A stretch of DNA of 64,000 nucleotides from Thermoanaerobaculia bacterium (GCA_963781065.1 CAWAET010000014.1:41321-105320), one strand, 5' to 3'; counted from the first letter of the stretch, positions 23,012-34,461 are shown. Made by a program: numbers and translations. Notes: generated by a model not told the origin, from the sequence alone.

Positions 23012-24778
23012 GTGGAACAGACTCAGTCGAGGAGGGTCGACGTGTTCGCAAGACAGACTTTTGTGCGCTTGATCTTGGGCTTGGCCGTGTGCCTGGCGGC
23101 GGCGGTGCCGGCGCTGGCGCAGGAGTCCGCCTGGGAGGAGTACATCCGCCGCAACCCCGAGGCGGTGGACGACGACACGCTCGGCCCGCTCGAGCGCAGG
23201 ATCCTGCACGCCTTGACCCCGGACCAGGTGCAGGCCCTGTTCGACGGCGCGGTGGCGGAGGAGATCGTTCTCGACAGCGGCCAGACGCTGGCCGAGTACC
23301 TGCGGGACTCGGTGGGCGGCGGTCCTGGGCTGGTGTACGTGCCGGTGGACCTGTGCCGGCTGTTCGCCACCTCGGCGCAGACGGTGCCGGTGTCCGGCAG
23401 GATGGCGGCGGACGAGATCCGTGCGTACGTCGCCCGCGGCGCCGGGACGGCGCACACCGACCAGGGCGGCATGCCGGCCGGCTGCGGCATCCCGGACGAG
23501 GCGTTGGCGGCCCTGATCCACTTCCGGGTGGTGCCGGACCGGATCCAGGACGCGTTCGGCTTCTTCAAGGCCTGGCGGTCGGACCTGCCGGAACCGTCGA
23601 CCCGCATTCTGGACTACGAGCCGGTGATCGATCCGCCGCTCGCGGATCGGTTCCGATTCAACACCGCCACCGTGGTGGGGCTGTGCGACAGCACTCCCCT
23701 CGAAGCGAGGGCGACGGTCTGCCCGGCCGAGTTCAAGGTCAAGACGGCGCAGCTCGGCGCCCACGTGCGGGGCGACGTGGCGGGCTACTTCCGGCTGGCC
23801 GAACGGGCCGACGTGCCCGAGGCCGGCGACGCCGACACCCTGGACGGTCTGGACTCGACCGACTTCGCGGCGGCGGTGCACACCCACGACGGCGGCGACA
23901 TCACCTCGGGCACGGTGGGCGAGCCCTACATCGACCCGCTGATCGCCCGCGACGACGAGATCGTGCCGACGGTGCTGGCCAACGACGGCAGCGGCTCGGG
24001 CATCGACGCCGATCTGCTGGACGGCCGCGACTCGCTGGATCTGATGCTGCAGGTGGGCAACTGCCTGACCGTTTCCCCGAGCTGCCCGGCGGTTCCGGCC
24101 GACGCTCTTGCGGCGCGCTGCTGGCAGACGATCCAGGCGGCGATCGACGCGGCCGATCCGGTCTGCGCCAGCAACTGCCTGCCGGCCGCGGCCGGCCCCA
24201 CCAACCGCTACGTGGTCAAGGTCGGCCCCGGTGTCTACACCGAGCGAGTCATCATGATTCCCGATGTCGACATCGAGGGGTCGGGACAGAAGGCGACGAC
24301 GATCACGGACGACGGCAGCGTTTCTCCGGGGACCGTGCTCGGCGCCGACGACGCCGAGTTGCGCCACCTCACGGTCGCGAGTACCGGCCCCGCCGCCGGT
24401 GCCAGTATCGCCTTTCACACCATAGGCAAATCGCCGGCGCTGCGTCATGTGACGCTGCGAGCGTCAGGTGGCGCCAACAACCTGGCCCTGGTCAATGCCA
24501 CGGGCTCCGTCGTGTCACTGGTCCACGTCACCGCCAGCGCCGCCGCCGAGACGGTCTTCGACATCGCGGTCGAGAACCAGACCGCGTCGATCGTCATCCG
24601 AGACTCGGTCCTCGAGGGCGACGACAGCGCCGTGTTCAACAACACCGGGGCCACTTCGAGCCTCGTCAACACTCAGCTGCTCGGCCCGGCGAACGAAACC
24701 GGTGGCGGCAACACCATCACCTGTCTCGGCGCCTACGACGGCACCTTCACCGAACTCGACACCAACTGCCAGCCCTGA
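23012..24778 (+). CDS. Secreted tailspike-like protein (shared N-terminal module + DAD(T/L)LDG neck + beta-helix)
   Basis: Signal peptide ending PALA-Q; VYVPVDLCRL..GCGIP module; DADTLDG/DADLLDG; TIQAAID..YVVKVGPGVYTE beta-helix cap. Confidence 0.75.
   Translation: MEQTQSRRVDVFARQTFVRLILGLAVCLAAAVPALAQESAWEEYIRRNPEAVDDDTLGPLERRILHALTPDQVQALFDGAVAEEIVLDSGQTLAEYLRDSVGGGPGLVYVPVDLCRLFATSAQTVPVSGRMAADEIRAYVARGAGTAHTDQGGMPAGCGIPDEALAALIHFRVVPDRIQDAFGFFKAWRSDLPEPSTRILDYEPVIDPPLADRFRFNTATVVGLCDSTPLEARATVCPAEFKVKTAQLGAHVRGDVAGYFRLAERADVPEAGDADTLDGLDSTDFAAAVHTHDGGDITSGTVGEPYIDPLIARDDEIVPTVLANDGSGSGIDADLLDGRDSLDLMLQVGNCLTVSPSCPAVPADALAARCWQTIQAAIDAADPVCASNCLPAAAGPTNRYVVKVGPGVYTERVIMIPDVDIEGSGQKATTITDDGSVSPGTVLGADDAELRHLTVASTGPAAGASIAFHTIGKSPALRHVTLRASGGANNLALVNATGSVVSLVHVTASAAAETVFDIAVENQTASIVIRDSVLEGDDSAVFNNTGATSSLVNTQLLGPANETGGGNTITCLGAYDGTFTELDTNCQP
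23261..23845 (+). repeat. Copy 1 of near-identical intragenic duplication (copy 2 offset +1798)
   Basis: GAGATCGTTCTCGACAGCGGCC... at 23261 and 25059 continue almost identically. Confidence 0.9.
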
Positions 24779-24794
24779 CGCCGGAAGGCCGATC

Positions 24795-27700
24795 ATGAGG
24801 AAGAGCATGAGATCGCGAATCCCGCGGGCGGGCGTCCTGGCCCTCCTGCCCGTCCTGGCGCTCGCCGGGGTGTTGCTGCATGGCTCCGCCGCGGCTACTG
24901 ACGAGGGCGACGGCCGGAAGCCCACCGCCTGGGAGGAGGTCATCCGCCGCGACCCGAGCGCGGTGGACGACGACACGCTCGGCCCGCTCGATCGCAAGGT
25001 CCTGCACGCCGTGACCCCGGGCCAGGCGCAGGCGCTGGCCGAGGGGGCAGCGGCGGCGGAGATCGTTCTCGACAGCGGCCAGACGCTGGCCGAGTACCTG
25101 CGGGACTCGGTGGGCGGCGGTCCTGGGCTGGTGTACGTGCCGGTGGACCTGTGCCGGCTGTTCGCCACCTCGGCGCAGACGGTGCCGGTGTCCGGCAGGA
25201 TGGCGGCGGACGAGATCCGTGCGTACGTCGCCCGCGGCGCCGGGACGGCGCACACCGACCAGGGCGGCATGCCGGCCGGCTGCGGCATCCCGGACGAGGC
25301 GTTGGCGGCCCTGATCCACTTCCGGGTGGTGCCGGACCGGATCCAGGACGCGTTCGGCTTCTTCAAGGCCTGGCGGTCGGACCTGCCGGAGCCGTCGACC
25401 CGCATTCTGGACTACGAGCCGGTGATCGATCCGCCGCTCGCGGATCGGTTCCGGTTCAACACCGCCACCGTGGTGGAGCTGTGCGACAGCACTCCCCTCG
25501 AAGCCAGGGCTGCGGTCTGCGCGGCCGAGTTCAAGGTCAAGACGGCGCAACTCGGCGCCCACGTGCGGGGCGACGTGGCGGGCTACTTCCGGCTGGCCGA
25601 ACGGGCCGACGTACCCGAGGCCGGCGACGCCGACACTCTGGACGGTATGGACTCGACCGCCTTTGCGGCGGCCTCGCACACCCATGACGGCGGCGACATC
25701 GTCTCGGGCACGGTGGGTGAGCCGTACGTCGATTCGTTGATCGCCCGCGACGACGAGATCGTGCCGACGGTGCTGGCCAACGACGGCGCCGGCTCGGGGC
25801 TCGACGCGGATCTGCTCGACGGCAAGCATGCCTCGGCCTTCCGGCCGCGGCCGGCCAACGTGATCCAGGTCCACCCGACCGACGGCGACTTCGCCACCAT
25901 CCAGGGGGCGCTCGACGCCATCGGGGTGGATCCCAGGTTCCCCGCCGCCAGCGTCACCAACCGCTATCTCATTCGCGTCGGCGGCGGCGTCTACAACGAG
26001 CAGGTGACGATGGATCCGTTCGTCGACATCGAGGGCAAGGGCAAGACGGCCACGATCGTCTCCGCCGCATCGCAGCCCGGCCCCGAGGGCACCCTGGAGT
26101 GCGCCGACGACGCCGAGGTGCGCAACCTCACCGTCGAGTCGACCGGCGCCGGCGAGAAGGCGATCGCCATCCGCTGTCTCGGCGCCTCGCCGATGCTGAC
26201 CGACGTCAAGGCGGTCGCCACCGGTGCCACCGGCGGCACGCCCGAGAACATCGGCATCCTCAACGACGGTGCGGCGGCCATGCCGATGCTCACCGGCGTG
26301 CACGTCGACGCCAACCCGTCCCCGGGCCTTGGCGTGGTCAACCTCAACGGCGCCATGCCGACGATCCGCGACTCCGACATCACCGGCGCCGACTCGGCGA
26401 TCGAGAACCGCGACACCGCCACCGCCAAGGTGGCCAACACCGCCCTGGCGGGCGGCGCCGACGTGTTGCCGCCAGCGTTGCAGGCGAGCTACATGTGCGT
26501 CCGCGCCTACGTCGCGGGTACCCTGGCGGCGCTCAACGCCGAGTGCTTCCCCAACACGCCGCCGACGGCGACGGACGACGCCTACGCCACCCTGGGCAAC
26601 ACCCTGCTCGAGGTGACCCTCGACCACGCCGGCGCGGCCTCGCTCGCCAACACCACCGCCAGCCAGCCCTCGGTGATCGGCGAGACCACCACGCCCAAGA
26701 CCTACCGCAGCGTGTTCGAGAACGACACCGACGCCGAGACCGCCGACAAGAACCTGCTCACCGCGGCGGCCGTGGGCGGCACCGTCACCGCCGGCGCGGT
26801 GGTCAACATGTTCGCCGACGGCACCTTCGAGTACGTGCCGCCGGTGGGCGCCACCGGTACCGACACCTTTGACTACACGGTGACCGATCCCGGCGGCCTG
26901 GCGGACACCGGCACGGTGACGATTACGCTCGGCGATCTGATCTGGTACGTCGACAACGACAACGGCGGCACGGCCGACGGCCGATCCACCACGCCCTACA
27001 CCACGCTGGCGCCGATCGACGCCGGCGGCGGCGACGACGGCAAGGACGGCGCCGGCGACACGATCTTCGTCTTCGACGGCACCGGCAACACCGTCGGCGG
27101 CATCCTGCTCGAGGACAACCAGCTCCTCCAGGGGCACGAGATCGCCCTGGCGCCGGCCGGTTTCGAGTATGCCGGCGGCGCCAACCTGGTGGCCGCCTCG
27201 ACCGCGCCGACGATCACCGACGGCGCCGGCGACGTCATCGAGCTGGCCAGCGGCAACACGATCCGTGGGCTGGACATCGCCGCCACCAACGGCCTGGCGA
27301 TCACCGGCAACGGCGTCGCGGGAGCCACCATCGACGAGGTGGGCACCAGCGGCACGGGCACCGGCAATGGCGTGCTCTTCGACGGCGTCACCGGCACCAT
27401 CGCCATGACCGACCTCGACATCAACTCGTCGACCAACTGGGGCATCGCCATCCAGAACTCGAGCGCGACCTTCACCTTCGACGCCGCGAGCTCGATCACC
27501 AACCCGACCGGCGTGGCCTTCAGCGTCACCAACGGCGCGCCGAACGTGACCTACAGCGGCACGATCGCCAACACCTCGATCCAGACGATCGGCGTCAGTA
27601 CCACCACCGGCGGCACCGTGCTGTTCGACGGCGCGAGCATCAACGGCACCCGCATCTACCTGACCAGCGTCGGCGGCGACGTGACGGTGGATGCCGACGC

Positions 27701-30426
27701 GACCACCCTGAGCAACAGCTTCATGTCGGGCATCGAGATCACGAGCGCCTCGACCGGCACCTTCCGGTTTGACGACGTGACGATCTCGACCCCGACCGAC
27801 GAGGGCATCGAGATCAACGGCGGCGCCGGTGACGCCTTTACCGGCGCGGCGGACTTCAACAACGTCGACGTCACCTCCGCCAGCGCCCTGCCGGCGGTTT
27901 CCATCGTCGGGCTCGGCGGTGGCAGCGTCGACTTCGACGCCGCCAGCACCATCACCTCGACCAACGGCGGCATAGGCATCACCAGCAACGCCGGTGGCAC
28001 GATCACCTTCAACGGCTTTGTGGACCTCGACACCGCGGGCCTGGCGGCGGTCAACGCGACCTCCAACACCGGCGCCATGATCAACTTCGCGGGCAACCTC
28101 GACATCGACACCACCAGCGGCACCGGCTTCAACGTCACGGGCGGCGGCACGGTCAACGTGGACTCGTCGACCAGCTCGACCACGGTGGACACCGGCACCG
28201 GCATCGGCGTCAACATCGGCGCCGGCATTGGCGCCACCGGCGTCAGCTTCGACACCGTCAACGTCAACGGCTCCACTGCCGGCATCATCCTCGCCAACAC
28301 CGGCACCGGCACCTTCAACGTCACCACTGGCACGATCCAGAACATCACCGGCGGCGGCGTCGCGGCGGCCGAGTTCGGAGATGTCGACGGCACGGTGAAC
28401 ATCGGCGCCAGCCTGAGCAACAGCGGTGGCCACTCGGTGGTGATCGACTCAGGCTCCGCGGGCACCTTCACCTTCACCGGGCCGATCGACGACAACGCTC
28501 AGGGCATCGACATCTCGATCAACGGCGCCGGTGGCACGTTCACCTTCGCCGGCGGCCTCGACATCGACACCATCGATACGAACACAGGTTTCGACGCCTT
28601 CAGCGGCGGTACGGTCAACGTCTGCAGCGACTCCAACTGCAGCGCGCCCGGTGGCACACCGGTGGTCAACACGGTCGACACGACGGCCGGTACCGGGACG
28701 GCGGTGCTCATCGACTCTGTGACCATCGGCGGCGAGGGGGTCACCTTCCGGTCGATCGACGTCGACGGCAGCGGCACCGCCACCAACCCCGCCATCCGGC
28801 TCGACACCACCGGCGCCGGCGGGTTCACGGTCACCGGCATCGACGGCCCCTGCGGCAAGCCCGGGGATTCCGACTGCGACGGCGGCACGCTGGAGAACAT
28901 CCAGGGCGACGCCATCCACCTCGAGAACACCGACGGCCCGGTGTCGCTCTCCTACATGCTGATCGAGGACATCGGCTCCACGGCCGGCGGCTTCGACGTC
29001 CTGAGCGGCCACGACGCCATCCACGGCGAGAGCGTCGACGGCGGGCTGACCCTGGACAATGTCACCATCCGCCGGATCAGCGACATGGCGGTCAACGGCA
29101 CCCTGTTCTCGCCGGTCGGCCCGATGTTCGACCCGACCACGGTGTGGAACGGCCTCACCATCACCGATAGCCACATAGCCAACACCAACCGGTTCGACCC
29201 GGCGCTGACGTCGGTGGCCGACGACTCCGACGAGGGCGGCGTGCGCATCCTGGGTCTGCGCGGCACGACGCTGCTCGACGGCAACGTCTTCGAGCGCGGC
29301 GGCAACCTGGTGCAGTTCTTCGTCACCAGTGCCACGGGGCCGTTGCTACCGACGACCACGATCACCGTCACCGAGAACGATTTCAAGGAGGCCTACAAGG
29401 AGTTCGCCTCGGGAGGAACGCTGTCGAAGGGGATCACCTGCCTCGACGTCATCGCCCAGGACACCGGCAACGTCGACCTGACGGTCGGCTCGCGCGCCAC
29501 CGCGGTGGTCGGCCACCAGGCGAACGACGACGGCAACCTGTTCCTCAACTGCCACGGCGCCTCGCTGCGCTACGGCAACGACAGCGTCAGCCCCTTCGGG
29601 CTGCCGGCGCACACCGGCAGCGTCAGTCGCCGACGTGGGCAACAACACCTTCCAATCCACCGACCACGACAGCGCCCAGTCGGGCGACTTCGACTTCCCG
29701 CGCGGCTACCTGCTGGCGATCACCCGCGGCACCGATACCGCGACCCTCGACACGCGGATCTCGTACAACCTCTTCGACGAGGTCTCCTTCGAGGGCGGTC
29801 TGGGGCAGCTCAACCTCGACTTCGAGGACGGCATCCACCAGGCGAAGGTCGACTTCAACACCTTCGACTCGCCGGGCCACGCGCCGTGGTTCGTGCGCGG
29901 CGATTCGAGCGCCAGCGCCGAGGTCCTGTTCCGCGACAACAACGGGATCCGGGGCGCGTTCTGCTCGGGCGACCCGAGCGCCGCCGGCGGCGGGTGCGAT
30001 CTGGGCGCTGGCAATCTGTGCACGCCCACGGCGGAGAACCCCGCGGCCGAGGGCTACTGCGGCCCCGGCGAGTCCGCCACCGCCTCGGTGCAGAACGGGG
30101 CCGACCTCGACATGGGGATCATCGACGACACGTTCGCCCTCGAGGACGCCTTCTACACGATCGGCGAGACCGTGCGGATCCGCACCGTCAACACCGGCGG
30201 CGCCGGCACCATCTGCGCCTACCTCGAGGACAACACCTCGCCCAACGGCTACGGGCTGGAGGAGGACAACGGCACGCTGGAGCTGGAGCAGGGCGGCTCG
30301 GCTTCGACCGACCCGGCGACGGTGCTGGGTGACAACAACAACACCGGCACGCCGAAGAACATCTTCGGTGGCGTGACCGTCACCGCCGGCACCTGCACTC
30401 GTCCCTCCGGGGCGATCTTCAACTGA
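24795..30426 (+). CDS. Giant (about 1870 aa) secreted adhesin-like protein: shared N-module, beta-helix, Ig-like domain, long G/T/N-rich beta-solenoid; apparent frameshift near 29628
   Basis: Signal peptide; PTATDDAY..ENDTD..DGTFEY.P..GTDTFDYTVTD Ig-like motif; IWYVDN..DGRSTTPY; same composition continues in ORF 29635-30426. Confidence 0.8.
25059..25643 (+). repeat. Copy 2 of near-identical intragenic duplication
   Basis: Matches 23261-23845. Confidence 0.9.
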
Positions 30427-30438
30427 CGCGGCCGGGGA

Positions 30439-31995
30439 GTGGCGCCGAAAGGACGGCGAGGGCGGCCGGGTGGCTCCTGGCGTGCGCCCTGGCCTGGGTG
30501 CTGGTGGCCGCGGCTGGCGCTGGCGAGGAGCCGGCGTCGCCGGCCACCAGCCGCCCCGGGGCCTTCCCCGGCTACACGCTGTTCGCGCCGCTGCAGTCGA
30601 CGACCGCCTACCTGGTCGACATGGACGGGCTGGTGGTCCACGAGTGGCGCGGCCGGCGCAACCCGGGCAGCGGCGTCTACCTGACGCCGGCCGGCACCCT
30701 GCTGCGCCCGGTGCGCCGCACCGGCTCGACGGTCTTCCAGAGCGCCGGCACCGGCGGCCGCATCGAGGAGGTCGACTGGGACGGCAGCCTGCTCTGGCAG
30801 TTCGACTGGGCCGGCGTCGACTACGTCCAGCACCACGACATCGAGCCGCTGCCCAACGGCAACCTGCTGCTGCTGGCCTGGGAGCGCAAGAGCCGGGCCG
30901 AGGCGCTGGCCGCCGGCCGCGATCCGCGGACGGTCGGCGAGGAGGGGCTGTGGGTCGACTACCTGGTCGAGATCGAGCCGCGCCGACCGCAGGGCGGCCG
31001 GGTGGTCTGGGAGTGGCACGTCTGGGACCACCTGGTCCAGGATCGCGATCCCGCGCTGCCGGGGCACGGCTCGCCGCGCGAGCACCCCGGGCGGATCGAC
31101 GTCAACGCCGGCGCCCGCCCCGAGCCGGCCGATCCCGCCGCGCTCGACGCCGAGGTCGACCGGCTGCGCGCGCTCGGCTACCTCGGCGGCCGGCGCGACG
31201 GGCGGGGCCGCGCCCGGCGCCGGCTGCTCGCCGACTGGACGCACGCCAACGCGGTCGACTACAACCCGGAGCTCGACCAGATCCTGCTGACGGTGCGCGC
31301 ACCTGGACGAGATCTGGGTGATCGATCACGCCACGACGACAGCCGAGGCGGCCGGCTCCGAGGGCGGCCGGCGCGGCCGCGGCGGCGAGCTGCTCTACCG
31401 CTGGGGCAACCCGGCGGCCTGGGGCGCCGGCGGCGCCGCCGATCGCCGGCTCTTCGCTCCCCACGACGCTCGCTGGATCCCGCCCGGGCAGCCCGGGCGC
31501 GGGCAACATCCTGCTGTTCAACAACGGCCAGGGGCGGCCCGGCGGACAGCGCTCCTCGGTCGACGAGATCCGGCCGCCACTGCCGCCGGCGGCGGCTACC
31601 GCCGGCCGGTGGGCGAGCCGTTCGGGCCGGCGGCGCCGGTCTGGATCCACCGCGAGCCGCGCTTCTTCTCGGCCCGGCTGTCGGGCGCCCAGCGGCTGCC
31701 CAACGGCAACACCCTGATCTGCGCCGGCGAGCAGGGGCGGATCTTCGAGGTGACGCCCGGCGGCGAGATCGTCTGGGAGTACTCGAGCCCGTTCGGCCAC
31801 GACGGCCACCAGCTGGCGCGCAAGCCGTCCCTGCGCGAGCCGCTGGCCGGCCCGGCCGGCATCGGCGCCAGGGGTTCCGAGCCGTCACAGTTCGGCTACT
31901 CGCTGTTCCGCGCCACCCGGCTGCCGGTGGGCTATCCGGGGCTCGCCGGGCTCACGGTCGAGCGCCCGCCGGCGCGGCCGGAGATCGGGCCTTGA
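30439..31995 (+). CDS. Arylsulfotransferase (ASST)-like beta-propeller protein; start uncertain, frameshifts near 31302, 31500, 31577
   Basis: GYTLFAP..YLVDMDG.VVHEW, QHHDIEPLPNGN, VVWEWHVWDHL, DWTHANAVDYN, LLYRWGNP, PHDARWI, SGAQRLPNGNTLIC. Confidence 0.8.
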
Positions 31996-32151
31996 CCTTG
32001 GGCCTTGACCTTGGCCTCTCCTTGGTGTGAGATAGCGCTTCCACCGAGAGAGCCAGCGCGTGCCGCGGATCGAGAGGGCGGGAGGGCGGTCTTGGGAATC
32101 GAAACAGGTCCGCGGCCTGGACGCAGACCGGAGAACAGGAGGGAGACGTAG

Positions 32152-32682
32152 ATGTCGGAACCGTTTCTTGCGGAAGTGCGGATCGTCGGGTTCAACTTCG
32201 CGCCCCGGGGTTGGGCGTTTTGCGACGGCCAGATCCTGCCGATCAACCAGAACCAGTCGCTCTACTCGCTGCTTGGCACCACCTACGGCGGCGACGGGCG
32301 CACCAGCTTCGCGCTGCCGGATTTGAGAGGCCGCACGCCGATCCACCTCGGCGCAAGCAACGGCGGCGCCGACCACCTGCTGGGCCAGAAGGGCGGCGAG
32401 GAGGGCCACACCCTCTCCGAGGCCGAGATGCCCATCCACAACCACACGATGCGGGCCGTCAGCGACACCGCCGACACCGGCCAGGTGACCGGCGCCTTCT
32501 ACGCCGGCTCACCGGGCGGTACCGCGGTCTACACGGCGCAGAACCCCTCGACGCTCAACAATCCGTTCAACAGCGCCAACGTCCTGCCGGCCGGCGGCGG
32601 CCAGGCCCACAACAACATGCAGCCGACGCTGGCCCTCAACTTCTGCATCGCGCTCCAGGGCCTGTTCCCGTCGCGCAACTAG
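32152..32682 (+). CDS. Phage tail-collar domain (Mdp-like) protein 1
   Basis: MSEPFLAEVRI..FNFAPRGWAFCDGQ.LPINQNQSLYSLLGTTYGGDG..FALPDLRGR...HNNMQP.LALNFCIALQG.FPSR. Confidence 0.92.
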   Translation: MSEPFLAEVRIVGFNFAPRGWAFCDGQILPINQNQSLYSLLGTTYGGDGRTSFALPDLRGRTPIHLGASNGGADHLLGQKGGEEGHTLSEAEMPIHNHTMRAVSDTADTGQVTGAFYAGSPGGTAVYTAQNPSTLNNPFNSANVLPAGGGQAHNNMQPTLALNFCIALQGLFPSRN

Positions 32683-32700
32683 GCGAGGAGAGAAAGAGCC

Positions 32701-33222
32701 ATGTCGGAACCTTTTGTCGGAGAGATCCGGATGTTCGCGGGCAACTTCGCCCCTCGCGGCTGGGCCTTTTGCGATGGCCAGCTGTTGGCAGTCTCACAGA
32801 ACGACGCCCTTTTCTCGCTGCTGGGCACGATCTACGGCGGCGACGGCCGCACCACCTTCGGCCTGCCGGACTTGCGCGGCAGGGTCCCGATCCATGCCGG
32901 TGACGGCCCGGGGTTGAGTTCTCGCCGGCTGGGCGCCAAGTTCGGCACCGAGAACGAGACCCTGACGGTCAACCAGTTGTCGAGCCATACGCACAACCCG
33001 TGGGGCGCCACCGACGGCACGCCGGCGAACACCTCGCCGCTGAACGCGGCCCTGGCCAAGCCGACGCCCAACATCTTCGCGACGACCCGCAACAGCACCG
33101 CGAGCATGAACGCCGACACGATCACCAAGGTCGGCGGCTCGCGGAGCCACACCAACCTCATGCCGTTTCTCTGTATCCACTTCATCATCGCCCTGTTCGG
33201 CATCTACCCGTCGCGGCACTAG
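32701..33222 (+). CDS. Phage tail-collar domain (Mdp-like) protein 2
   Basis: MSEPFVGEIRMFAGNFAPRGWAFCDGQ..LFSLLGTIYGGDG..LPDLRGRVP...H.NLMPFL...FIIALFGIYPSR. Confidence 0.92.
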   Translation: MSEPFVGEIRMFAGNFAPRGWAFCDGQLLAVSQNDALFSLLGTIYGGDGRTTFGLPDLRGRVPIHAGDGPGLSSRRLGAKFGTENETLTVNQLSSHTHNPWGATDGTPANTSPLNAALAKPTPNIFATTRNSTASMNADTITKVGGSRSHTNLMPFLCIHFIIALFGIYPSRH

Positions 33223-33233
33223 GAGGCGAGACC

Positions 33234-33758
33234 ATGTCAGAACCTTTTACAGCTGAGATCCGCATCTTCGCCGGTAACTTCGCTCCCCGCGGCTGGGCGT
33301 TCTGCAACGGGCAGCTGTTGCCGGTGGCGCAGAACACCGCGCTGTTCTCGCTCATCGGCACGACCTATGGCGGCGACGGCCGGACTACCACCGCGCTGCC
33401 CAACCTGCAGGGCCGTGCCGCGATGCATCCCGGCCGCGGCCCCGGCCTGACCTCGCGCCGGCTGGGGCAAAGGGGCGGCGTCGAGATGGTCACCCTGAGC
33501 GAGGCGCAGATGCCGAACCACTCGCACACCGTGCAGGCCTCGAACGACCAGGCCAACACCAACGACCCGAGCAACAACAACCCCTCGCGCAGCGCCGGCC
33601 GCGGCGCCAACCGCTACAAGGCCTCGGGCACCCAGGTGGACATGGCGTCGAGGAGCCTCGTGTCCTCGGGCGACAGCCAGCCGCACGACAACATGCAGCC
33701 GTTCCTGGCGATCAACTTCATCATCGCGCTGGTGGGGCTGTACCCGAGCCGCAGCTGA
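33234..33758 (+). CDS. Phage tail-collar domain (Mdp-like) protein 3
   Basis: GGAGG RBS; MSEPFTAEIRIFAGNFAPRGWAFCNGQ...LPNLQGR...HDNMQPFLAINFIIALVGLYPSR. Confidence 0.92.
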   Translation: MSEPFTAEIRIFAGNFAPRGWAFCNGQLLPVAQNTALFSLIGTTYGGDGRTTTALPNLQGRAAMHPGRGPGLTSRRLGQRGGVEMVTLSEAQMPNHSHTVQASNDQANTNDPSNNNPSRSAGRGANRYKASGTQVDMASRSLVSSGDSQPHDNMQPFLAINFIIALVGLYPSRS

Positions 33759-33846
33759 GGCGAGGCCGAGATGAGCCGCGCCGCGGTCCCGCCCCCGGTG
33801 CGTTGGGGGGCGAGACCGTCGCCGCGGCCTCTTGGGGAACGGAGCC

Positions 33847-34461
33847 ATGACACCTGCCGCGCAGAGCTACTTCCGCTCCGACGTGCCTCCCGGCGTGTCG
33901 GGCGACTGGCGCGTGCGCCGTTTCGAGCTCACCGGCCAGCCGCCGGCCGACACGGCCTCCATCTCGCCGCTCGATGTCGAGCCGCCGGGCGAGTACACCG
34001 CGCTCGAGCGCGGCGACGAGATCTTCATGACCGATCTCTACAACGAGTGGTGGACGCAGCGACTGGCCATCGACAGGGCCTGTCAGCGGGGCGGCCGGGT
34101 CTTGGTCACCGGTCTGGGCCTCGGTCTGGTGGCCGAAGGGATGTTGCGCACCCCGGGCAGCCGGGTGGAGGCCGTCACCGTGGTCGAGGCATCGGCCGAC
34201 GTCATCCGGCTGGTGAGCGATCATCTGCTCGGCCGGCTCGGCGGCCGGCTCGAGATCGTGCATGCCGACGCCTTCGACTGGAGCCCACCGGCGGACAGCC
34301 GATACTCGATCGGCTGGCACGACATCTGGCCCAACCCCCAGGTGCCCGAGGCGATGCAGCAGGCCGAGCAGCTGGAGCGGCGGTACGCGCCCTTCTGCGA
34401 CTGGCAGGGCTCCTGGCCGCGCGAGTACCTCGCTGCCCTCGACCGCGCGGCGTCTAGATAA
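33847..34461 (+). CDS. Class I SAM-dependent methyltransferase (spermidine-synthase-like fold)
   Basis: RVLVTGLGLG motif I, VTVVE..ADV, IVHADAF, WHDIWP. Confidence 0.75.
   Translation: MTPAAQSYFRSDVPPGVSGDWRVRRFELTGQPPADTASISPLDVEPPGEYTALERGDEIFMTDLYNEWWTQRLAIDRACQRGGRVLVTGLGLGLVAEGMLRTPGSRVEAVTVVEASADVIRLVSDHLLGRLGGRLEIVHADAFDWSPPADSRYSIGWHDIWPNPQVPEAMQQAEQLERRYAPFCDWQGSWPREYLAALDRAASR

Noticed and set aside
23261-25643. Diversity-generating retroelement TR/VR pair
   Set aside because: No reverse transcriptase; both copies are coding and N-terminal, and differences go in both directions
24747-28433. Long antisense and alternate-frame ORFs (here and e.g. 5777-7714, 8700-11057, 45070-47874)
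   Set aside because: Shadow ORFs typical of high-GC coding DNA; no motifs and they overlap well-supported genes
29600-31600. Phase variation in the adhesin and ASST genes
   Set aside because: Frameshifts are not in homopolymer or short-repeat tracts; more likely indel errors
31987-32012. 13-bp tandem duplication GGGCCTTGACCTT upstream of the collar genes
   Set aside because: Only two copies, overlapping the ASST stop; no supportable function
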